Source: the human T2T-CHM13v2.0 reference genome, Homo sapiens. From it: a DNA stretch of 64,000 nucleotides. The notes beneath the pieces are model-generated. The model searched no databases. It was not told the DNA's origin and saw only the letters and a list, made by a program, of their open reading frames with translations. The stretch lies in NCBI RefSeq assembly GCF_009914755.1, contig NC_060925.1; one strand, 5' to 3'. Made by a program: the position numbers and the translations under genes. Within the stretch, counting starts at the first letter, position 1, and every line of letters begins with the position of its first letter. Of this stretch, positions 19,040 to 39,859 are shown one piece after another.

Positions 19040-20430
19040 AACCTGAGAATATATTATGTAACTATTTTAGTCACAATAGGAGCAACCAGAAAGTGTAAAA
19101 CTTGATCTCTGCGTTCAAGGAGTTTATGGGCTATAATTGGAAAGACAAAATTAATACTCTTGAAAGACATCAGAGAATAATTAAACGTTACATAATGTAG
19201 TACTGTTTGTGTGTGCAATAGGGGTTTTATTCTGTTTCTCTTGTAGTTGTTGTTAATTTGGACCATAGAGGTTGGGGAAGGATTTGTTACGAGGGGCAAG
19301 GGAACTGTGATATGGGATTTGAGCACTGAAGGATGACTAGGATTTAGATATGCAGACAGACAGCCTTTAGAAGCAGGGGAAACAGTGTAAGGCGAAACAA
19401 GGCGAAGGGTATATATGAAGTATAAAGGAAAGAGTGAGAATATCTGCTTTGCAGCAATAGACAGCTTTATTTGGAGGAGGATTAGGAGGTAAATAACATA
19501 CAGAATGGATCCAAATTATATATGTTATCTTGAAAACGAGATAGAGGAGTTTAGACTTGATTAACTAAGCTTGGGTCCCCACCTAGTAGATTGCAGTTTT
19601 CAAATGGACCAATCATGCCTCAGAGGGTGATTCCTAAGATGCATCATGGTTCCCTTTCTGCCCTCTATGTTTTATTAGGGTTAAAAAGGTGAAGGGAGTT
19701 ACTACGTTACCCCAACCCCTCTGTTCTGCTACCACCTATTAGTTCTCAATTCTCTGCCTCCTTTTTCCTCAAGGAAAATTCAACTCTCTTCACCAAAATG
19801 TGATAATAATGTGAACATTTTAGACCTTATTGTTTGCCAGGCATTTACATATATTAGAGCATTTACTTCTCACAACAACCCTATGACATAAGTGCTATTC
19901 TCATTTTACAAACAGGAAACTGAAGCACAGAGCAGTTAAATAACTTGCAAATGATTACACAGCTAAGTAGTAGAAGAGTTGACAAATAAATTCAGGTAGT
20001 CTAACATTATACTACCCCCTTTATAGTCATTAGGGTATGATCGCAGATTCTTAGTAGGGGAATATTTTTATTCCTGCATTTTCTCCATTTATCAGTGTCA
20101 TTCTGCTTTCCCTTGCTCCCTATCCATCCTAGAGGCCATTGTCTTTTATCTCAGTTGTCACTTCTTCCATAAAGTCTTTCTTGAAACCCCAGTCCGAGCT
20201 AATGTTCATCTTCTGTGTTTCTATAGATCCTTCTAAATACCTCTGTTACAAGACTCAGCAAAGTGTTTTGTAATTGTCATTTTATTTGTCTGTCTCCCCT
20301 AGAGTGTGAGCTAGGAGTCAGTAATTCTATCTTTTATCTCAGTGCACCTAGACCCTAAAACAATGCCTGATACAAAGTTGATAATAAATATATTTGTTTA
20401 TATATTGTCAATGAAGGAGTAAAAAGATGT
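19040..20430. mobile_element. Ancient L2 and MIR fragments
   Basis: MIR core ctcattttacaaacaggaaactgaagcacagag at ~19900. L2 3' end at ~20280-20400. Confidence 0.65.
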
Positions 20431-20814
20431 TTTAGACATATTAGTTGGAAGGTAGTATTAAAATGAATGGAAGTTGAAAAAACTAGAGATAACAACAAAA
20501 GAAATAGACACTATTGCTATCATAAGTCAAGGATGAAATAATGTGACCCTAGTGTCCATAATACCCTGGGAATGAAGATTAAAAGGTAAGTAAGTTTAAG
20601 TCACATTTAAAAGAAAAAGTTTATATAAATGGTGACAGATTGGAAAGAAAATCAATGAGAAAAAGTAACAAAGTTGAAAGAAGTAGCCAATTTGTATGAA
20701 TTTGTAGTGCACTATATGATGTTAAAACAGAATTTCAGGGTTTATTCTGAGGCTTATATTTGTCTGTAATTATTAAAGAAAGGAATAGCAGCTTATGAAA
20801 TCTTTTTTTAATAG

Positions 20815-20922
20815 TCAGATGAGAAAGTGATTATTCACATCAGCAATGAGCTAAGTAAAAACTGCATAAACAACAGAGGACTCAACATATTTGCAGTAGA
20901 AGTGGGACCCAAATCTACAATG
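20815..20922 (+). CDS. EFCAB7: EFCAB7 coding exon (108 nt): SDEKVIIHISNELSKNCINNRGLNIFAVEVGPKSTM
   Basis: Acceptor tttttttaatag|, donor ATG|gtaatg, phase 0/0, open frame. Confidence 0.92.
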
Positions 20923-21185
20923 GTAATGTATTATTTTCTAATTAAAGCCTTTTGTTTTATGTCTTTGAAAAAAATTTGCTATTAATGCTATGAGTAAAAT
21001 GTAAATATAAAATGGAGTGGAAAATTATTTTAAGTATGATATTTGTATCAGTATCATTCTATACTCAGAGACAGGAGACTTTGGTTCTAATCCAGTTCTG
21101 TCACTGTTTGGTTGAGTGACTATGGGAAGTTCATTTATTTCTATGTTCCAGTCTCTCTAAATGTAAAATTAAGATAATATCACTA

Positions 21186-21496
<311 letters not shown>

Positions 21497-22235
21497 TCAC
21501 TAGTTTTATGTACTTCACAAAGTTAAAGTAAGGATAAAAATAAAATGATGTATGTACATGAAAGTACTTTTTACATCATATAGAAATGTAAAGTATTAAT
21601 AGTAACAATAATTTTGATAACCCAAAATGCTTTTATCTGCATTATTAAGATTTTCTAAAGTATCCTGAGAGGGACAATGCCTCTGAGTTTTAAATAAGCA
21701 AGTAAGTCAAGAGCTAGAAAAAGCTGTAGTTCTGGTGTTAGCAGAACTCTGGGTTTCTGATTTAGCCAGGGGTTCAAAGGCAGGGACAGATCAATAGAGC
21801 TACCTACTGGGCAAGTGAAGGGAGAAAGGAAAAAGCTTCCTATTCTTACCCTTTCTTTCTCCATACTGTCCATAAAATCCTAAAACATTCCAGAACAGGA
21901 TAAAGAGATTATCTTTTCTGTTTCTCCAATTAAGATTTTAGAAAACGCTCTAGGTTTAGCAAGGAAAGGATATTTTCTCCTCTTTCCACCACTCTTCTTT
22001 ACCCACATTCACACACACCAACTGACAGCTACTATGTTAGGGTAGAATTTAGACTGGATTATCCTGTTAGACCTCAGATCATAGATTGCTAGTCTCTGCT
22101 AAGGACAAATATTGTAGAATTTTATCTGTACAGGGATATTCTTATACAAGGCCTAGAAATGTTGTCCTGTTTAAAAATTAGCCAAAAGTAACAATATATA
22201 AAAAGAGAGTAAAAGCTTTCTATTTTTATGTGCAG

Positions 22236-22310
22236 GTTTGTCAACATGTAATGCCTTTGAATGAACGACAAGAATGGATATATTATTGTATATATTCTCT
22301 TATTTCTTAA
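22236..22310 (+). CDS. EFCAB7: EFCAB7 last coding exon: VCQHVMPLNERQEWIYYCIYSLIS*
   Basis: Acceptor tttttatgtgcag|, stop TAA at 22308-22310. Confidence 0.92.
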   Translation, partial: VCQHVMPLNERQEWIYYCIYSLIS

Positions 22311-22463
22311 ATAATTATACTTAGAACTTACCAAACTAAGAATTATTTCAGATTTAGTCTGTTATTTATTAAACAACTAAATGCTACTTAACTGATGTAC
22401 CTAAATAATAATCTATTCAATTTATATGCATTTTCATTTTATGTCCATGGTATGTACTTTATT

Positions 22464-22506
22464 ATTAAAATATAAATAATGCTTTCATTGTGTGGTGTTC
22501 TTATTT
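22464..22506 (+). terminator. EFCAB7: Probable EFCAB7 polyadenylation signal (ATTAAA 22464-22469), cleavage near 22487, and GU-rich downstream element
   Basis: ATTAAA, then CA ~17 nt later, then ttgtgtggtgttcttattt. A second ATTAAA lies at 22368-22373. Confidence 0.65.
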
Positions 22507-22517
22507 AGTAGGAAATC

Positions 22518-24705
22518 TTTTTCTTTTTTTTTTTCTCAGCAATAAGGCTGTTTATTTCACCTGGGTGCAGGTGGGCTGAGTCCGAAAAGAGAGTCAGCAA
22601 AGGGAGATAGGGGTGGGGCCATTTTATAGGACGTGGGTAGGTAAAGGAAAATTACAGTCAAAGGGGTTTGTTCTCTGGCGGGCAGGGGCGGGAGTCACAA
22701 GGTGCTCAGTGGGGGAGCTTTTGAGCCAGGAGAAGGAATTTCACAAGGTAATGTCATCAGTTAAGGCAGGAACAGGCCATTTTCACTTCTTTTGTGGTGG
22801 AATGTCATCAGTTAAGGCAGGAACCGGCCATCTCGATGTGTACGTGCAGGTCACGGGGGATATGATGGCTTAGCTTGGGCTCAGAGGCCTGACATTCCTG
22901 TCTTCTTATATTAATAAGAAAAATAAAACAAAATAGTGTTGAAGTGTTGGGGCGGCGAAAATTTTTGGGGGTGGTATGGAGAGATAATGCCGGGTGATAT
23001 TTCTCAGGGCTGCTTCGAGTGGGATTAGGGGTGGCGTGGGAACCTAGAGTGGGAGAGATTAAGCTGAAGGAAGATTTTATGGTAAGGGGTGATATTGTGG
23101 GGTTGTTAGAAGAAACATTTGTCTTATAGAATTATTGCTGATGGCCTGGATACAGTTCTGTATGAATTGAAAAACTAAACGGAATAAGAGAAGGAGAAAA
23201 ACAGGTATTAAAGGACTAAGAATTGGGAGGACCCAGGACATCCAATTAGAGAGTGCCCAAGGAGGTTCAGCATAGCCCAGCCAGCAAAGATTATTTGTTT
23301 ACTTTAAGAGGGAGTTAAGAGTGGCCGTTTGGGGATAGCACCAGGAGACATCAGCTGTGATGGCTTGGAGAAACTGTGTAAACCGGCAGTGTAAACAAGA
23401 GTAGGGCATTTATGAGTAGAGAACGGTGAATAGGAGTATGACTAGACAGAAGACAGTAGGGATGACAAGTTTTTTGGGGCACAGTCCAAGTTGGTCTGGT
23501 GTCTGGAATGAGACTGAGGCCTACTAAAAAGGAGCATCCATACAGGAGCTCAAATGGGCTGTACCCTGTAGCATTCCCAGGACAGGCCTGAATTCTGAGA
23601 AGGGAAAGTGGTAAAAGGATTGTCCAGTCCTTTTTAAGTTGGTGGCTGAGCTTGGTGAGGTGTTTTTTAAAAGACCATCAGTTTGCTGAATACCAAGAGC
23701 CTGAGAAACTGCTTGGGTGATTTGACTAATAAAGGCCGGTCAGTTATCGGATTGTATAGAGGTGGGAAGGCCAAACCAAGGAATTATGTCTGACAGAAGC
23801 GAAGAAATGACCGCGGTGGCCTTCTTAGACCCTGTGGGAAAGGCCTCTACCCATCCAATGAAAGTGTCTACCCCGACCAAGAGGTATTTTAGTTTCCTGA
23901 CTGGAGGCATGTGAGTAAAGTCAATTTGCCAGTCCTGGGCTGGGGCAAATCCCCGAGCTTGATGTGTAGGGAAGGGAGGGGGCCTGAACAATCCCTGAGA
24001 GGTAGTAGAATTGCAGCTGGAACACTGAGAAGTGATTTCCTTGAGGGTAGAGTCCCATGATGGAAAGGAAATGAGAGGTTCTATGAGGCAGGCTTAATGG
24101 CTTGTAACCTACATGGAAGAGGTTATGAAATGATGACAGAATAGAATGGGCTTGTGAGACTGGAAGGAGGTATTTTCTTTGGTCCAAGAACCACTTGCCT
24201 TGTGTGGGAAGAGATAGGTGGAAGTTTCAGTGAGGGAGTAGGTGGGAGTAGCCAGATGAGAAGGAAGAAAACTGCCATGAGGGATAGAAATTGGAACACT
24301 AGCTGCTTTTTTTAGCTATCTTATCAGCATAAGCATTGTCCTGAGCAATGGGATCTGATGCCTTTTGATGGCTGCTTTTTTAGCTACCTTATCAGCATAA
24401 GCATTGTCTTGAGCGATGGGATCTGATGCCTTTTGATGGCCTTTGCAGTGAATGACTCCAGCTTCCTTTGGAAGTAAAGCGGCTTTGAGAAGAGTTTTTG
24501 TTAAAGAGGCATTAATGATGGAGGACCCTTGCATAGTGAGGAAATTTCTTTCTGCCCATATAACAGCATGGTGGTGCAAGATATGGAAGGCATATTTACA
24601 GTCAGTATAAATATTGACGCGTAGTCCTTTTGCGAGAGCGAGGTCTCGAGTTAAGGCAGTGAGTTCAGCTTGCTGAGAGGTAGTGGAGCGGGGCAGAAAG
24701 TATAT
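22518..24705 (-). mobile_element. HERV-H processed copy: pol fragment (RNase H, integrase), env-deleted internal region, PPT, 3' LTR7 U3-R (22535-22894), poly(A) tail
   Basis: The minus strand reads PPT aagaagacaggaa, then TGTCAGGCCTCTGAGCCCAAGCTAAGCC (LTR7 start). ORFs 23740..23991 (WQIDFTHM...VDTF.GWVEAFP...IQSDN, integrase core) and 24316..24579 (VIHCKGHQ...NAYADKVAK, RNase H). Confidence 0.93.
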
Positions 24706-25388
24706 ACTATATTCTCTCTTGGAAGGATAGTTGGATAAAATGAGTGGAAAATTAAAATGAATTTACATGTATGAATATTTCTGAATTCTTTAGCATATTT
24801 ATAAATTAAAACTAGAAATATAAAAATTAAGTCTCATTACTATTCAGTTCTGTTTACCCAGATGTTTTTATTTCATTAGCAAATTAAAAAAACTAATTAT
24901 CTAACATGCAGTTTTAAATTATAGACTTACATGATCACTGTAACTCCTTCCAACTTTAAAGTTTTATAGTTCTAATATTTTAAAACAAATTTAAAGTTTA
25001 AGTATCAAGTACTGTTATATATATATGAGTCATGACATATTCTTAAATTACTATATTTAGTAATTTTATTGATTTTATATTAGATATTGGGGTAGACTTT
25101 TTTTTAAAAAAGTCAGTGGCCTTTTAAAATCTTTTTGGTTTAGGTTAAATATGAAGCAGAAACTTAATATATTATATACTACACTAATATTTTGGATATA
25201 ATCCAAGAAAATGGATGTGTATTTCCCATTTTGGCCACCAGAGGGTGAGCATATTATTTTATTTATTAGAGAGATGGATAGTATTATATTTCTCTGCACT
25301 GTGTTAGGTCCTTTATGACTTCTAAGACTGCTTTTGGCAAACTGTATTGGACACTATGGCTATATGCATATTCAGGCATATAACACCC

Positions 25389-25680
25389 ATTTTTTTTGAG
25401 ACAGAGTCTTGCTCTGTCACTCAGGCTGGACTGCAGTGGTGCTCTCAGCTCACTGCAGCCTTGTTTTTCTGGGCTCAGGTGATTCTTCCATCTCAGCCTT
25501 CCGAGTAGCTGGTACTACAGGCATACGCTACCACACCCAGCTCGTTTTCATATTTTTTTTTTGTAGAGGTGGGGTTTTGCCATGTTGCCCAGGCTGCTCT
25601 AAAATTCCTGGGGTCAAGCGATTTGGTGCCTTGGCCTCTCAAAGTGCTGAGATTACAGGCATGAGACACTGCCCCCAGCC
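25389..25680 (-). mobile_element. AluJ
   Basis: Diverged antisense Alu with TSD aacacccatt. Confidence 0.92.
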
Positions 25681-25992
25681 AACACCCATTCTTATTAGAG
25701 AACATATTCTAATTTATAATGGGGATACTAAGTCTTCTTCTCCTAATGAGTCTTCATGAGTTTGCAAGTTTAAGAGCATTCAAAGTTAGCCCTGCTATCT
25801 TTACGTAGTCTTATAAAGCCTATCTTTGATGCTCAGCCTAGCTTAATTTCTGGGGGAAAAAAGAACTGTAATGATTTGAGGAAAAATAAAGCAAATAGTG
25901 GACCTGATTCAGAGGATATAGATGAGATTCATGTGGTGAGGTAATGTGTGAGCCAGGAACTCTAGGAATCATTATTGAAAGTCTGAGGGGTA

Positions 25993-26943
<951 letters not shown>

Positions 26944-28063
26944 AGTACTTTTTTTTTTTCACCCAATACATTTCTAAAAATATATATGAATATTTAACAA
27001 AAAAGACTTACATATGATAAAGGAGTTGGAGTATGGTTCCATTTCTCAAAAATTAAATATTTTTCAACTTCTTTTAGACACAGTTGATAAATATTCAACA
27101 TTTAATACATATTCTTAATTGTATTCTTACCTTTCCAATTGAATACAAGAGTAAGCAAGTTAAATTCAAGGCCAGCTTAAGTTCAGTTATCTGATTCAGG
27201 CTAATGTCAGCATGTTATGAAAATGAAATCGTTCCAGAATGCCAGTATTGTAAGCTTTCTGGCAATTTCTGATATAGTATGCGGAATTACTAAAAAGTAA
27301 ATTTCTCTCTGCCTTTTTAAATATCCATTACAAAAGTATCCAGAATTGGCTTTTGAAAAAAAAGTTTTTTCTTAGTAGAGAAGTAAAAATAGGAGTAGAC
27401 TAGGCTAGGGAATAGTACACAGGGACATCCAATTAGCATGTATCTATTACATATTAATTAGTTAAAATAAATAAGTAGTAGGTGTCATCTCTGTCCTCAG
27501 GACAAGAAAGCTAAGGAAATGAGTTACATGTTAACCTGTTAGGGAATAATATTAAATCTTAATAAATGCCAGTCATTAAGCATTAAACTAATGATGTGAA
27601 TATGGAAACAGAAGAGGAGGGGAAGGCTTGACCAATTTAGAGGATGTAGATGAAAGTAGATGAAAATCTGTTGGAGGACTGAAGGAATGAAGTTTAGTTT
27701 GAAGCTAAGTAGTGCTTTGATTTGTTTTTACTCATGTAATATAATGTATTTTAAAATTTAAATAATATAAAAAGAGGACACATTTTAATAACTATTAAAG
27801 GAAATGAGGCATAGTCTTTAAAATACTAAGTAGTACTACACTAAAATGTTAGATTAAGTTTGACAGTGTTAGAGCAAGTTTGGACAAGTTGGAAAAATGA
27901 ATGTGGGCTGGAAGAATCAGGGGAACCTGATTCTGTAACTGAACTTTAAGTGACCTTGAAGAGATAGGAGGGATTTAGAAAGAGGAGAGGAAATGAAAAT
28001 TTAAGGTATTTTCTAATGTTTTTCACTTTTCCTAGAATGTTATTGTATCTTTGCCTATTAATA

Positions 28064-28711
<648 letters not shown>

Positions 28712-28829
28712 TTTTTTAAATACCTCATCCTTCATGAAACCTTTAATTTTTTTCTCAGCCCAGAAGAAACTGTTCTACTTCTTGAACTTCTATTTTAAAA
28801 CGAGTACTTTTTTCCTGTGGGGTTTTTAT

Positions 28830-35390
<6,561 letters not shown>

Positions 35391-36140
35391 AAAAATCAGT
35401 ACCTTTTTGTAGCTTATACTTCGTATATTTTATTAATTTGTGTACATGTCTAGATTTCCCTATTTTAATGTTCTGGAGTGCAGGGATCTTATTTTGGTTG
35501 GCTAATCTGGGACCTAACTGACTATCCTGTACTGTGTGCTTAGTAAAAATTTGATAGGTGGTTTGAAAAGGAACAGATGGGTGAAAGGGAGAGTAAGTGA
35601 AGGTATGAATAAAAGTATTTCAAAGAAGGTTTCAAAATTAAGAAAAATAACAGAACCTAAGAATCATATCCAGGGAAGTGATATCAAGGGAAAAAAGAAA
35701 AACAGTTCTGTCATGAGGAAAAATTGCTAATACCAGCCAATTCTAAACTAGTTCTGATAGACTGCGTTCAGAATCTCAAGGTGGCATACAGAACACTCCC
35801 AGTACACTGCAGCAATTCTACATAGTGAATAAACAAAGAACTATGTTTCCTAGACAATTCAAGGAAAAAAACATTTTTGACCTTAGTTTTTCAGATAATT
35901 TAAGCAAGATAATAATTTGGAGATATTTACCTCCGTGATTTTCTTGATTCCTTCCTTCACTCGTGCTACACTTGATATATATTTCTCTGGTGTTTATTGA
36001 TTGTAGAGCCTTAGGATAGCCTTTTTTTTTTTTTTTCCTTATTCTGTCTCTTGCTGTCACCTGAAATCATGCTTTAGGCCTCCAGAGGATCAAGCCATAA
36101 GTTTTGTGGCTCATAGCCCTCCATAAAATTAAAGCATCTG

Positions 36141-36501
36141 TGTATTAGTCTGTTCTCATGCTGCTATGAAGAAATACCTGAAACTGGGTAAATCATAAAG
36201 AAAATAGGTTTAATTGACTCACAGTTCTGCATGGCTGGGGAGGCCTCAGGAAACTTAAAATCATGGCAGAAGGCACCTTTTCACAGGGCGGCAAGAGAGA
36301 GAATGAGTGCCCAGCAGAAGGGGGAAGCCCCTTATAAAACCATCAGGTCTTGTGAGAACTCACTCACTATCACAAGAACAGCAGCATGGGGTTAACTGCC
36401 CCTATGATTCAATTACCTCCCACCAGGTCCCTCCCATGACATGTGGGGATTATGGGAACTACAAGATGAGATTAGGGTGGGGACACAGCCAAACCATATC
36501 A
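36141..36501 (-). mobile_element. THE1 (THE1C-like) MaLR solo LTR
   Basis: tgtattagtctgttctcatgctgct...cacagccaaaccatatca with 5-bp TSD ATCTG. Confidence 0.9.
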
Positions 36502-36504
36502 ATC

Positions 36505-36974
36505 TGTATTAGTTTTCTATAAGTGCTGTAACAAATTACCACAAACTTGGTAGCTTAAAACAACAGAAATTTATTTTCTCACAGTTCTGGAGGCCAGAAT
36601 TTCAAAATCAGTATAACTGGGCCAAAATCAAGGTGACGACAGGGTGGTGCTTCCTTGGAAAGTTTTAAAGGAGACTGCATTTTTTGTCTCATCCAGCTTT
36701 TGGTGTCTGCCAGCATTCCTTGGCTCGTGACTACATCACTCCAGTCTGCCTCCTTGGCCTTCTCCTCTTTTGCAGTCAAATGTCCCCCTTTCTCTGTCTT
36801 CTAAGGACACTTGTAATTGCATTTAGAGCCCTCTTGGACAATCCAGGATAATCTTTCCATCTCAAGATTCTTAATTATATCTGCAAACTCATTTATGCCA
36901 TATAAGGTAACACTCACAGATTCTGGGGATTAGGAAATGTATAACTTTTAGGAGCCATTATTTAACCTACCACA
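36505..36974 (-). mobile_element. MLT1 (B/C-like) MaLR solo LTR
   Basis: gctgtaacaaattaccacaaacttggtagcttaaaacaacagaaatttatt...cctaccaca. TSD GCATC at 36134-36138 and 36975-36979. Confidence 0.87.
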
Positions 36975-38119
36975 GCATCTAACAAGGAATCAAGAATACT
37001 GATGAAATGGAAAAATGAAGACATTCATTATCTCTTGAAAAATGTCCTTCACAATCTGTATTTTTAAAAATCTTATCTTTTGCCATTTGAAATATTAATA
37101 TTTGCATATCAAATATTCATATAAATTAATTCAGACTGATATCCTTTATAGAAGATTCCAAAAATGAATTCTAAGGAAAAAGTCCAATTTATCACATATA
37201 TCAATCCTTTTCACACATAGCCTCATGAATAACCACTTGACACTGAAACATGAATTCAGAAACTATTATTATTTTGGCACAGGAACAAACTTCAGAATCA
37301 CAGCATGCAGATATCTATTAACTTTTATTCAAGTAAAAGTTTTAAACACCTGAATAACTTATGGATACAAACGGACATCGGTTTCATATTGCTTCCATAT
37401 GTAGGAACTAGTCATTTCAGCAAATTACAAATAGATCAGGATTTAATAAACTGAATCTGCAGTCAAGAAGAACCTATGATTTAGACTGCATAAATGAACT
37501 AAAATGACATTTGCAATATTGTTCAGCATTAATTTGGGTTGATATGGAATTGTCAATTATTTTCCAGTTACAAATAACTGTACATTCTTATAGAAGATTA
37601 TTTACAACTGACTTACTCTATTAGAGCTCTGTTAACTGAGAGACTAGTCTCTAGTTAGAGACTAGTTTAGGACATTCTAGTCCTAAACTGTAGACATCCT
37701 CAATATTCCTCAATATAGATTATTCCACCATTACTTGACACCACCAGACAGGAAGATGAGGATACATAGATATAGAGCTGTTTTGTTTTTAACAATAACA
37801 TGATACATGCTTTTATTGTATGCCAAATAGGTGCCTGCTAAGGCTTTGTCTATATGTTGTTAATGAATTACTTTTCAATATTTCTCACTTTGATAATTGG
37901 TTTCTATATAAGCCATGTAACTAATAACTGTTAAATGTTAATGCCACTATATCACCCACTTCACCATCCAGTATTTTCATTATAAACTCCATACATCTTT
38001 TTTATTATAAATTTCACATACATACCATTGATTATTTGTTGCAGTCATCAAAGATTGCTATCCTATAGTAAATACATTTCTTTAAATCATTGCAATTGGA
38101 ATGCAAATGAAGGATAAAT

Positions 38120-38370
38120 ATGATTGTACTTGAGAATAGTAAAATTCATAGAGACAGAATAGTGGTTTTCAGGGGTAGGAGGGAGGAGGGAATGGGGAGT
38201 TACTGTTTCATGGGTACAGAGTTTCAGTTTGCGAAGATGAAAATGTTCTGGAGATGGATGGTACAATGGTTGCACAACAATGTGAATGTACTTAGTGCCA
38301 CTGAATGTACACTTAAAAATCATTAAAATGGTAAATTTCATTACGTATGTCTTGCCACAATGAAAACAAA
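38120..38370 (+). mobile_element. L1M 3' UTR fragment
   Basis: ggtacagagtttcagtttgcgaagatgaaaatgttctggagatggatggt...gccactgaatgtacacttaaaa. Confidence 0.8.
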
Positions 38371-38802
38371 ATGCTTTTGTTTGTTCACTGCTGTTATGAT
38401 AAAGATCTCAACACCTGACATCCCCTACAAGGCCCAATATGATCAGACCTACCATTCCACCCCGAGGTTTTTATACTCCAGTTACACTAACTGTCTTTTT
38501 TCAAGTTATTGATGACACTAGATTCCTTCTTACTTTAAACTTCCCTTAACGTTCTTTCTGGAATGAAATGCTCCTCCTCTCTTTTCACCTGGCCAGGTAC
38601 TATTACTCATTGTTTTATCCCTCAGCTTACATAGCACTTTCTCCAGGATATTGTCCATGACTCTCTCCAATGATAGATCCTTCTATTTACAATCTAACAG
38701 CACCTATACTTCTTTGTTGCACTTATCACAATTATGATTTATTATTCAGTATCTGTCTCCTGCAACATATTGCAAGATCTGTGAGACCAGAGACTATTTT
38801 GC

Positions 38803-39098
38803 TTTTTTTTTTTTTTTGAGACGGAGTCTCGCTCTGTTGCCCAGGCTGGAGTGCAGTGGTGCGATCCTGGCTCACTGCAAGATCCGCCTCCCGGGTTCAC
38901 GCCATCCTCCTGCCTCAGCCTCCTGAGTAGCTGGGACTACAGGCACCTGCCACGACACCTGGCTAATTTTTTGTATTTTTAGTAGAGATGGGTTTTTACC
39001 CTGTTAGCCAGGATGATCTCGATCTCCTGACCTCATGATCCGCCCACCTTGGCCTCCCAAAGTGCTAGGATTATAGGCGTGAGCCACCGCGCCCGGCC
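38803..39098 (-). mobile_element. AluY within an L2 fragment
   Basis: Antisense AluY with TSD gagactattttg. Confidence 0.95.
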
Positions 39099-39242
39099 GA
39101 GACTATTTTGTCTTATTCATCAAACACCTTTCAAAGAGCTGTCATTTAGTACAAGTTCAAAACATATTTATAGAGTTAATGAATCAATACACGAACGAAT
39201 ACATCTAAATGGTAAAGAATAATTCATTAATGAAATAATGAG

Positions 39243-39554
<312 letters not shown>

Positions 39555-39859
39555 TTACCACTTAAAAGGTATTTCAAAGAAAAGGAAAATACATAATATG
39601 TACTTATCATTTTAAAAATAATACAAATTCCCTATAGAAAACCTGGAAAATCCAGATAAAATATAAAGAAAATAAACATTGCCCTATCTTGCAACTCAGT
39701 GGTAATCATTGTTGCATATCTTGGTATATTTCCAATGGCTTCTTTCCCGATTTCAGTGCTACCCACAGGGGAATAAGACTCCTTCTCTTGCTTTTCATAA
39801 ATACTACAACTTGGAAATCTCTGCAAGTCAATTTTTGAACGTGGGTAGAACCTGTGAAT

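Noticed and set aside
20811-20818. Competing acceptor CAG 4 nt downstream of the used TAG
   Set aside because: It would frameshift, the first AG after the pyrimidine tract is normally chosen, and there is no evidence of use.
22751-22831. 30-nt direct repeat atgtcatcagttaaggcaggaac.ggccat
   Set aside because: Normal U3 repeat of type I HERV-H LTR (LTR7); not a CRISPR-like or novel array.
23740-24579. HERV-H integrase/RNase H ORFs as expressed proteins
   Set aside because: Fragmented by frameshifts, with no upstream promoter, gag or pro.
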